DNA from: Macrostomum lignano | Taxonomy: Eukaryota | DNA: 64,000 nucleotides | Assembly (NCBI GenBank): GCA_002269645.1 | Contig: NIVC01003561.1 | Location: forward strand, 1 to 64,000 | Direction of reading: 5' to 3' | Shown here: one piece after another, positions 25,337-59,923 of the stretch | Numbering within the stretch: the stretch's first letter is position 1 | Layout: the number at the start of each line of letters is the position of its first letter | Translations under genes and position numbers: made by a program | The notes under the pieces: model-generated | Database searches by the model: none | Seen by the model: the letters and a program-made list of their open reading frames with translations, nothing else | What the model was told of the DNA's origin: nothing

Positions 25337-28300
25337 TCAAGAGTCTCTCTCGTTGGCTTGAATAGTGTCCAATATTTTCTGTATGGTTCGAGTCTGCATA
25401 GTCAGCAGGCTCTTAGTGTCCTCGCGATAGCTGGCCACGCTGATGCTGCCCTCGCGGACCTGGCTCAACAGTTGGCGCTGGTTTGAGACAATTCGCTCCA
25501 TCATCTCCACCATGGTGCCGTGAACGTCGATTAGGGCGCTGGAAGGAGGATGAGAGTGAGCGAATGCGTGAATGAGTTGATGAAGTTCATGTGAGTATAA
25601 GTTCAATGAGTTCATGAGCTCGTGAATGAACTCTCAGTAAGAGACTAAGAGGTAAATTAATTAACGGACACTCACTTATCCCCCAGCTTTGACAGCTGAT
25701 TTCTCGAGCTCTGCCCCTGCCTGTGATGCGACTTTCTCGATGGCGCACCGTCGTAGGTGAGGATCTCATCGGTGGGGTTGAAGGAGACGGTCTTAGGCGG
25801 ACTGCTGCCGTACGGAGTGGCCTTGCACGGGCTGGCGTCGCGCGGATGCTGCGGCGCCGGGTTGGAGTCGGAAATCTTGCGGATCGCGCTGGGCTGCCTG
25901 ATTTTCGGGGCTGTCCTGGACTGGACGGCATCCTGCAAGGAGGTGGCGAGAGGATCCCGCTTTTTTCACTGCTAAATTCGTTGACTAGCTAAGAAGTTTT
26001 CGTTTATCGAGTTTTCAGTTTATTCATTCAGGCCCCGATTTGCTCAATTGCACTCTATGTACTGACGGGCTTTTGTGTTTATACGTAGGGCATGGTGACG
26101 TACTTGTGCGCGCGGTTTTAGCCATTGTTTTTCATTGAGTTCTTTAGCAGTCATAGTCCAGTCTCGGCCCTGCCTAGTTCCGACTAATTGGCTTCGCTAG
26201 CTGGTTAAGCTTCCCCTCGCGGCGACAGCCGATTGGCTGGGCCGGGGCAGTCCCTATTTCTCTCTCCCCCGCCTCGCTGTGACCCTAGCCTTCCCCTTCG
26301 CTCCAGCCTAGGTCTTGCGCCCGGCGGAGCCAGCCGATTGGCAGGGCCGAGGCAGCCCCCATTTCTCTATCCCCCTGCCTCGCTGTGACCCTAGCCTTCC
26401 CCTTCGCTCCAGCCTAGGTCTTGCGCCCGGCGGAGCCAGCCGATTGGCAGGGCCGGGGCAGCCCCCATTTCTCTATCCCCCTGCCTCGCTGTGACCCTAG
26501 CCTTCCCCTTCGCTCCAGCCTAGGTCTTGTGCCCGGCGGAGCCAGCCGATTGGCAGGGCCGGGGCAGCCCCCATTTCTCTATCCCCCTGCCTCGCTGTGA
26601 CCCTAGCCTTCCCCTTCGCTCCAGCCTAGGTCTTGTGCCCGGCGGAGCCAGCCGATTGGCAGGGCCGGGGCAGTCCCCATTTCTCTCTCCCCCCGCCTCG
26701 CTGTGACCTTGGCCTTCCCCTTCGCTCCAGCTTATTGGCTCTGCTCTGCACGGCCATGCCGATTAGTTCACCGATTAGCACTAAACTATGAAAATGAGAG
26801 AGTTTCTAATTTACTTATTACAATAGATAGCCTATTATGCTTGACTTAAAAACGTTTTTATGACTCTTTTTCGCGAAAAATAAAGATTTCAGAATATTCG
26901 CCGAAATTCTGAAAAAATATCAGGCTCCTTTCTATCTTGACAGTTTACTTTTCGAGTAAAGAAAGATTTAAAAGGTTTTCTTAGAAACAGATTTTTTAGT
27001 ACCTCTACCTCTACCTACGTGTTCAATTTCAAGCAAATGTTTTAAGATCTTTTTATTCCTTGTGCCAGCGAATTTAATTTATCACTGCCCTCGATCCCTT
27101 CTTAGCTGCCCTCGATCCCTTTCTAGCTGGCCTCCGTTACACCTCAGCTTAGACAGCCCCTGCTGCCAATCAATTAGGAATCTGGCTGAGTCTCAGTGTC
27201 TGTACTCTACTTTTGTGCTCATTAGCTAATTAATTTTCTCACGCTCCAGTGACAGTGTGAGCGCTGGGACTTGTATGCTCGAGAGTGCAGCACTTACAAG
27301 ATTGAAAAACTTTGAGCAATATAGCCTTGCTACGTAGATGGTGTTAAATAACTCGTCCATGATATCCATTAGAATCAGTCATATAAGTCGGCGTATTCTG
27401 CAAATTTCACTCAGAACGTCTTTCACTTAAACAATATTTTTTGTGCTCCGAGTATGTAGCGTCTCGGGGGCCACCGCGAGTGACACTATACTCGGAGCTT
27501 TAAGACGAGCACACAATAGAACTCTTTAAAAACTTGCTTGAACAACACCCATTAGAGCAGTGGAACAGAGTGAGAAGGCAGTGGTTCTCGGACAAAACCG
27601 CGCGACCCGTGGGGGTTCTGCATGCGAGTCCCAGCTACGGTTCAGTGTGTGCTGCAAGTCACATGACTGCGCAACTGACGATGGAGTGAATATTTAAAGC
27701 CTACCTACGCATCATAAAGTGCACTGAAGTTGCGAATTTCATGCAATGAATACCAATTTTATATTAATGCCTCAAGTGCGCGCTAAAATATGATTATTAC
27801 CTGAGTTTGAATCAGAGCAATGAAGTCAGGCTGGCAAAGTCTAAGCAATTAAACAAGAGAGAGCAAACTCACCCTAAACCCGATTTTATTGATGCTTTCA
27901 GGCACCTTTTTCTCACATTGTACATTTCTCAAGAAGCTCATAAAGCAATAACCGAAATGGAGTGCTCAACAGTCAACAACATTTGAGCATCACAGCAGCA
28001 GCTCTGTATGGGTCAAGTGGTCCACGACAGTTGACTGCCACAATTTGACTGCGGACAATTTGACTGCGGACAATTTGACTGCGGACAATTTGACTGCGGC
28101 AGTTTGACTGCCAACAAAATGACTGCCAAAAAACACTCCAGGCTCTGATCGTATTTACGCAAGGCTAGCAAGGCTTTTTACATGAGCAAAAATGCAAGCT
28201 ACAATTGGCTTTCAACAATACGTGCATGTATATCTACTAGTAAAAGAAGCGTCAAGTCAAAAAAGAGAAGCGAAGTCATGTCAAACATAAAAGGCGTCAA

Positions 28301-30324
28301 GTAAAACATAAAAGAAATTTCATCAAACATAAAAGCAGCGTAAGGTAACACATATAAGAAACGTAATCTAAAATATAAAGGAAGCGTCAGTTAAAAATTT
28401 TGACGTCTTGCGATGTTAAGGCTTACGGGGGCAATTGCTAAGATATCAAGGCTTGCGGGAATTGCTGAGATATCAAGGCTTGCGGGAATTGCTGAGATAT
28501 CAAGGCTTGAGGGAATTGCTGAGATATCAAGGCTTGCGGGAATTGCTGAGATATCAAGGCTTGAGGGAATTGCTGAGATGTCAAGACAAATAGGATACAC
28601 ATTAATAATTTTCGTCTCTTGCTTATTGGCCGCCCCGAAGGGGGGCGCAAGATTGCTCCTAATGTTCAGACAGATATTTTACATGCACATGTAACTGTGT
28701 TCAATGAATGCTGTTTCTGTTTATAGAGTTTTCTTTCTCCCATGTCATATTAATCTCATACTTGAATCTTATTGATTCTTTCAGATTTTGTCGGCAGTCA
28801 AATTGCCGCAGTCATTTTGTCGGCAGTCAAATTGCCGCAGTCATTTTGTCGGCAGTCATTTTGTCGGCAGTCATTTTGTCGGCAGTCAAATTGTGGCAGT
28901 CAAATTGAAGCAGTCAACTGTCGTGCACCCGGGTCAAGTTGATAAGTTCTGTTACTTATGCTCAAACTAAACAACAATGCAAAACAGTTATCTCACATTT
29001 AGATTCCCCACCAGTTTATAATGTACAGTAAAATTTTGAAAAAGGGAAGATGCTCTTTCTCTGGTAGCCCTGTGTTGAAATGTTTTCGTGGTAACCTTTT
29101 GTCGGGAGGACACAATGGCAAACGCATGACTACTGGCATTGATTAGCTGTCGAACACTTGCCTACAGCAGGTAAACTTCAAGCTCAACTTCGAGCCAGTA
29201 GTTTTTCTTACCTGCAGAAACTCGAAGCTGCTGGACCGGTGGTGCCCCAGAGCCGCGGCGCTTCCCTCGTCGACGGGCGAATCGCGGCTGCGGCTCTCCT
29301 CCGGCTCGGAGCTCTCCTCCGACGGCAGAGGGCGCGGCCTGCCGCTCGGCGGCTTCATCTTGCGAGCCGAGGCTACGGCGATGATCGACGCGTCGTCTGC
29401 GGCGGAGGCGGCGCCGTCCACGAAGGCGGCTGACGTCAGCGAGGCTGTCGATGTTGTTGAAGTAGGCGGCGGCGGCGGCGGCGCTGGGGCTTTGCGGACG
29501 CGAGCCGGGCGCCTTGGAGGACTGCCGCCGTTTGACGAATCGGCGCTGTCTTGCGAACGGTCCCGCTTTCTCAGGACCAGCGAAGTGAGGTTGTTGAGAT
29601 CTGACGCGGCCGCTGAGCTGCTGCCGGGGCCCAGGTTCTCGCTGCTGCTGGCCTTGCTGATGAGCTTCTTGTCTGGCAGCACTTTCACCACAACTGACGC
29701 TACGGAGGTTGTTGCACCATTTTCTGACTGCGCCGCTGCTGCGGTGGCGGAATTTCCGTTGCGAAGACTGCCTGGACGGCTGCGATTGATCTTCTGCTGC
29801 TGCTGCTGCTGTTGCTGCAGCTCAGAGCCGCCAGCGACACCGCCGGCCGTTCCGTTGGCAAACTTAGATCGAAACCGCTTGATGAGGTCGTCCTTCAGAC
29901 TGTGGGTTCGCTTAACCACAATCGGACACTCGGCTACAGCAGAATGTTGCTGCTGCGTTGAGGCGGCCGAGGCAGCGGCTGCGGCAGCGGCGGCTGTGGC
30001 GGACGAGGCGGAGTTGGCAGTCACGATGATCGGACCGGAGCTGGACTTGCCGCTGCCACCGTGATGCTGTTGCTGCTGCTTCTGCAGGGGCTGTTGTTGT
30101 TGCTGCTGCTGCTGCTGCGACTCGAACTCAACACTCTGACGCACCAGCGACTCGTTAGACGATCCCGTTGACGTTGTTCTCCGACGGTGCCGCGGCGACT
30201 GACCCGAACTGCTGGCCTGCGGCACGGCGGGATAAGCCGGCTCCGCTCCCGGGCTGGGCTGAGGCGGCATCGGATGGCTTGCCGCGGCGGCCACGCTGCC
30301 AGCGCTGCCGGAGTCCCAGGGCAT
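25337..30324 (-). CDS. Uncharacterised Q/A/S/G-rich protein (about 523 aa) with an RVxF-like motif and a helical C-terminus; 3 coding exons
   Basis: Exons 30324-29212 (CAG|GTAAGA), 25932-25676 (AA|GTGAGT) and 25538-25337 are phase-compatible with GC3-rich codons. Contains RKAPAPPPPPP and KTVSFNPTDEILTY. The start Met is assumed to be the first ATG; an upstream exon is not excluded. Confidence 0.72.
26205..26760. repeat. GC-rich 106-bp tandem repeat, about 5 copies, with a CCAAT box in each unit (- strand)
   Basis: GCCGATTGG recurs at 26228, 26333, 26439, 26545 and 26651. Confidence 0.9.
28019..28930. mobile_element. Non-autonomous Mutator/Foldback-like DNA transposon (912 bp)
   Basis: Terminal inverted repeats GGT(C/G)CACGACAGTTGACTG followed by inward arrays of 14-16-bp TTTGACTGC subrepeats. 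Flanked by the 9-bp direct repeat GGGTCAAGT (28010-28018, 28931-28939). Internal 27-bp tandem repeat at about 28433-28585; no transposase. Confidence 0.82.
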
Positions 30325-31669
30325 TTGGTGTGTCAAGCGACAATAACAAACGCTGACAACAATTTCCGGAGCAAGAAAATAACGGAGAGAACTTAGTCCA
30401 AAAACAGAAGCTGCAAAGAACGGTTATATATACGAGCTATGTTAGCCAATCTAGTTTCGAATGGCATGCCATAAGTTCGGCTAGGGTAGCGAAAACATAC
30501 AACCATACAAGCCTCAACTCAGGTGTACTCTGCTCCGAGGCCCATTCTGCATGTCGCCCCCCGGCCCCACCACTCCAGCAGTGGTCCGATGGGGTGTGTC
30601 GGTGCAAAACACGCGCACGGAGAGGCTTGCGCAGTTGAACCACTCGAGAGAACAGGCAGACATTAGGCAGGTATAAGGGGCATTTGTGTAAGGGGGCACA
30701 AATGGAGGGCGGCGGCAGAGGCAAAACTGCTTTTACAGACTTGTGCGTGCAGTGCAGGCAAGTGAACAACCCCTCCCCCGAGTGACTCGGTGCGCGACCT
30801 CAGGCAGTTGAGTCATATATATTATGGTCAATGCTAAATTTGCTTGAAACTCGTCTAGCTCTATAGCACATGTTGCCATGACAGTTAAAAAGCCAAACTT
30901 AGGCATTAGCACACAAGCTACCTACTAAACAGCCTGTTACCAGATTCTAGTAACGTAGAGTAGTTTAATAGAGCGGTGAGGCCTAGAGACCTATTGCTTC
31001 ACAATCTGAAATCAGGTACTATAGCTGGTCTACCTGTATCTACAAGAAATGAAAGGGCAGACAGCAAAAAAGATACAAAACTACAAAAGTGTTGCGCTGT
31101 TAAGAACTGTTTCTAAGAAAGCAACTTTTATGCTGACATTCGCTTCTTAACATACTTTGTAGCGACCATTGATATCAACAAACTATGTAGAAAACGAGAT
31201 TCCCAATTCAACGAAGCACCTGGGACAGTTCACCCTTAGCAGAACTTCATTTTCCATTTTAGGCATTCGCTAATAGCAAGCCGTTTAAACAAGTTTTATT
31301 GCCGACAATACAAGTTGAGCAACTCAACAAAAGTGAGCAAGCCAGCAAAGCAATGGTCTAATAACCCTCGCGTCCCCACACGCTGGAAGAAAAGTTGTAA
31401 AAAAATCTTAAAGAACGTCTTATTTAAAGTGAGCACGCAGCACTGCGAACAGCTCGAACTTAATGAGAAAGTAAAAAGACCTGCATCTATCGAGCACACT
31501 TCAAATTTACTGCACAGAAAAATGTGTTCGACTGTTGAGACACAGTGGAAGAAAGAAATGCTTATAAAGTGTAAGCTGTCAGGTCCGGCTAACATAATAA
31601 GCAAGTTACCTGGCTAAAGAAGAATAAAGACCATTTCATACATACTGAAATGGGGCTTGTGTGATGAAG

Positions 31670-31830
31670 TGAGGTTGGGTGTGATGGAGTGAAGTGGGTG
31701 TGACGGAGTGAGGTGGGTGCGACGGAGTGAGATGGGTGTTATGGAGTGAGGTGGGTGTGATGGAGTGAGGTGGGTGTGATGGAGTGAGGTGGGTGTGATG
31801 GAGTGAGGTGGGTGTGATGGAGTGAAGTGG
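31670..31830. repeat. 19-bp tandem repeat (GATGGAGTGAGGTGGGTGT)n
   Basis: About 8 direct units. Confidence 0.85.
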
Positions 31831-32479
31831 GCTAGCTAGAGTGCATTGACCAAATTGTGGAATGGCTGGGAGTCGTTAATGAAAGTAATAAACAATAAAT
31901 CAAGAAGCAAAGCACTAAAATATTCTGGCAATATTCCGTCAGTGTTCAGGAGCAGGTCGTGCAAGCATCAATAATGTTGGCACAGGCGATGAGGTTGATG
32001 ATTTATTTGTTAATTCAAACTGTCGCACGAATTTAAAGGTGTAACAAAAGTTAAATAAAGTCAGAATATTCATGTTTAAGATATAGATGAGCAATATTTA
32101 CTCAAATTACTGCCTGCAAGTTTGGAATACATTAAAACATAATAGCTTCAAAATACAATTAGACAAATTCGCAAAAATTCACAAGTAGCAATTCCATGCT
32201 AGCAGAGAAATCAATGGCGAGTTAGTGACACAGAAATGGAAGCAAAATATCTGCAAAAGAACCGGTTACAATAAAAGTACGAATGAAGAAGGCCAAAAAA
32301 GTGCACACAGCATTTTTGAGGGTGTTGAAATCAGTAGTGAAGGATTTATTGGCTCTGGGGCTGCTGCGACCTCTTGGAGATCAGAATTCTGCATGCGGCT
32401 GATGCGGCTAGGGAATGGTAATAAACTGATGAGAGCGAATGCCTAATGCAATATATAGATTATAGAGATTATAGAGACA

Positions 32480-33135
32480 GATGTAGGGGAGAGGGAGAGG
32501 GTAGATAGTAGAGTGGAGAGGGAGAGGGTAGAGTGTTGAGGGAGAGAGTAGAGTGTTGAAGGAGAGTGGAGAGTGGAGAAGGAGAGTGGAGAGTGGAGAG
32601 GGAGAGGGTAGAGTGGAGAGGGAGAGGGTAGAGTGTTGAGGGAGAGAGTAGAGTGTTGAGGGAGAGAGTAGAGTGGAGAGGGAGAGAGTAGAGTGGAGAG
32701 GGAGAGGGTAGAGTGGAGAGGGAGAGGGTAGAGTGGAGAGGGAGAGGGTAGAGTGGAGAGGGAGAGGGTAGAGTGGAGAGGGAGAGGGTAGAGTGGAGAG
32801 GGAGAGTGGAGAGTGGAGAGGGAGAGGGTAGAGTGGAGAGGGAGAGGGTAGAGTGGAGAGGGAGAGGGTAGAGTGGAGAGGGAGAGGGTAGAGTGGAGAG
32901 GGAGAGGGTAGAGTGGAGAGGGAGAGGGTAGAGTGGAGAGGGAGAGGGTAGAGTGGAGAGGGAGAGGGTAGAGTGGAGAGGGAGAGGGTAGAGTGGAGAG
33001 GGAGAGTGGAGAGTGGAGAGGGAGAGGGTAGAGTGGAGAGGGAGAGGGTAGAGTGGAGAGGGAGAGGGTAGAGTGGAGAGGGAGAGGGTAGAGTGGAGAG
33101 GGAGAGGCTAGAGTGGAGAGGGAGATGAAGGGGAA
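32480..33135. repeat. 20-bp purine-rich minisatellite (GAGAGGGTAGAGTGGAGAGG)n
   Basis: About 32 units; the + strand is about 90% purine. Confidence 0.95.
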
Positions 33136-33584
33136 GAGAGGGAAAGGCGATGAAAGATAAGAGGGATGGAGAAGACAAAAGCGTGAGGGTGGCAGAGCAG
33201 CTGGGTGAGCAAGCAGGGAGCTCAGAAGCGACACCAGCGTAGCGGTTACGCCGCCCACAAGACTCAATACTCGTAGAGTGAATTGGCTACAGGTAGAAAT
33301 GCGAGGGCAGGCAGATCGATGGACGATCATTTTTGGCAAATTTACAGAAACTGGTTAGGTAATAAAATCCTCAGTAAAATTGAGCGAAGCGGAAGTGGAA
33401 TGGTCACACAGCGTGGTTGGCTTGCAGAATGATGTTAAAAAATCCACTAAATCGGTTAAATAAGCACACATGTAACAGTAGTAAAATAAGTAAAATATTT
33501 TCTTGCGTTACCGTATTTAATAACAGCGATCGCGAAATGCAATAGACATAACAATACCTGGCTGCGAGAAATCTAAAAAGTATC

Positions 33585-33975
33585 GGGATTCCCCGATTCA
33601 AGAGTTGGTGTTCCCCAGTTCAAGAGTCGGGATTCCCCAATTTAAGGATGGGGATTCCCCAGTTCAAGGATGGGGATTCCCGGATTCCCCTATTCAAAGA
33701 TCGGGATTCTCCAATTCAAGGATGGGGATTCCCCTATTCAAGGATCGGGATTCCCCAAATCAATGGTAGGGAATCCCTAATACAATGGTAGGGATTTCCT
33801 AATTTAATGGTAGGGATTCCCTAATTTAATGGTAGGGATTCCCTAATTTAATGGTAGGGAATCCCTAATACAATGGTAGGGATTTCCTAATTTAATGGTA
33901 GGGATTCCCTAATTTAATGGTAGGGATTCCCTAATTTAATGGTAGGGATTACCTAATTTAATGGTAGGGATTCCC
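33585..33975. repeat. Two related 22-bp tandem sub-arrays (GGGGATTCCCCAATTCAAGGAT then GGTAGGGATTCCCTAATTTAAT) just 3' of the plexin stop
   Basis: Direct units, each with a GGGATTCCC near-palindromic core. Confidence 0.85.
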
Positions 33976-34150
33976 CCTTTCGAGGGTTGGGGTTTCCCTA
34001 TCCCGATTGCCAGCTTGTTTGCCAATGAAACCCTGTCGCAAAAGGCAAGCACTAGAATACAGATCGCAGGTGAGAATAGTGAGAAAGCAGAGAAACTCCA
34101 TAAAAGTTGTTTAGTCAATTTTTTCCAAGAAAGCTTCGCAATTATTGAGC

Positions 34151-58020
<23,870 letters not shown>

Positions 58021-58133
58021 CGTGAATTCAATAAAAAATTCCTCACGGCATGACTTGTTTCAGCGGGGGGTTCTCTCAGCACCAGGCCCTAGCAACAGCG
58101 GCCAGTCTGAAACAGCAAGATTCAATGTCGATC

Positions 58134-58407
58134 CTGGTTCTTAAAATTAATTAATACTGCGGTGTATTTGCTTCGGTTACAGAGATTTGCGAAGCAGGCT
58201 TACTAGAGAGCTTTTTGATGAAGCTGCTAAACAGTTAAATAGAAAAAAATGTGGAGGCTGCAATGCCTTGCAATTAACAGCAGTTCGACAAAGTCACAGC
58301 TAGATAAGAGAGAGAACAAAATAAGAAAAATAGGCGAAGACAGAGGAGAATAGAAAATTGGAATAATAGCCTGTTGAAGCACCTAAACCCCAGTTTCCAG
58401 GTCTTAC
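58134..58407 (-). other. Probable 5'UTR intron of the plexin gene
   Basis: Strong donor GCAG|GTAAGA at 58407 and acceptor AACCAG| at 58134; the spliced product has no upstream coding extension. Confidence 0.45.
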
Positions 58408-59439
58408 CTGCAAAGCCTCAGGCTCAGGGGTAATGTCAGTCAGTGTACACACGCGCACACAAAGACAGGGCTGCACAGAGACAAACACTGCTCTCACAAC
58501 TGAGTGGACCGAATAATGAGTACGCCAAGCCAGCTTAAATCTGATAGCCAGCTAGCGAAGGCCCCCACCGATATCAGGACGAGTGGAAAATTGCTTAGCC
58601 AATGAAACGGCGGCACCAGATCTTAGCTAGCTGAGAGAGAAGAGATCAAGAGACGAGTAACAGACCTTCGGCGTAAACCCCTATTAGCCAAAACCCGAAA
58701 TCTCTGATAAGAACAGGCTGCTTCTTTTGCATTACTCAAGACTAACCTAAGTGGAAGCGTGGTGGCAAAGTTGAATCAGCATCTAAGGCATATATTATTA
58801 ATTAAATAGTGACGATTCAGCTGGCACCAGAGGGTCCCGAACAACAAATATCAAATAGTTATAGTTCGCTAAACAACTATAAAGGCAAAAAAGAACAAGT
58901 CAGTAACAAGCGTACAAACAAACTTCATTTTCTTGAACCTGAAACTTTAAAACAGTAGCTTAATTGCTTTTTTATTACTTAAAGTCTTCTCAAAACTCGT
59001 TTATTAAAATTGTTAAGATTTGAGAAGCAAGGATTTTGACAGAGTTGTAATCTAACATTGATTTAGACCATCGTCAGGCATATTTACAGAAATATTTTTA
59101 TATTAAATATTTATTTCCTGTCAAGAAATTCCCACACGAGAATTGACAGACTATGCTCACTAAATAACACCGGATAGTTAATAACAATTATAACGCCATA
59201 CTAACCACACTACTAAGAGTAACAATAAGCAGTGGTTTGACTACCCAGAAAATTCGCAATAATTAGTAAAACAATTTCAATTCAAGCTGTTTGTAGAAAT
59301 TATACTTAATTGAATATTTTGAACGAGCTTTACTATTGATGGAATAATAAATGCCAGCGAATCCCACAGTCATCATCATTCCTATGACCATTCACTTCAT
59401 TCATAAAATCCTTCAGTCACTTACATGACCACTTACTCA

Positions 59440-59915
59440 TATTAATGATCATCCTGTCACTCATATGGCCGTTCAGTCACTCTAATGATTATTTAGTCAC
59501 TCCTATGACCATTCAGACACTCTTATGACCATTCGCATCCGGTCACACTTATGACCATTCAGTCACTCTTATGACTATTCAGTCACTCTTATGACTATTA
59601 AGTCACTCTTATGACTATTCAGTCACTCTTATGACTATTCAGTCACTCTTATGACTATTCAGTCACTCTTATGACTATTCAGTCACTCTTATGACTATTC
59701 AGTCAATCTTATGACTATTCTGTCTCTATAATGACTATACATTCACTTTTATGACCATTCACTCGCTCTTATGATTATTCGGTCATTATTATGACCATTC
59801 AGTCACTCTCATGACCATTCACTCGCTCTTACGAGTATGACCATTCAGTCACTCTCATGACAATTCAGTCACTCTTATGACTATTAAGTGCTCTTATGAC
59901 CATTCAGTCACCCCA
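59440..59915. repeat. 20-bp minisatellite (TATGACCATTCAGTCACTCT)n starting at the 3' end of the RRM gene
   Basis: Direct units, degenerate at the left. Confidence 0.9.
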
Positions 59916-59923
59916 CCAATCGC

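Noticed and set aside
31296-31617. 100-aa ORFs on both strands
   Set aside because: AT-rich codon usage unlike the real genes, no motif and no splice context.
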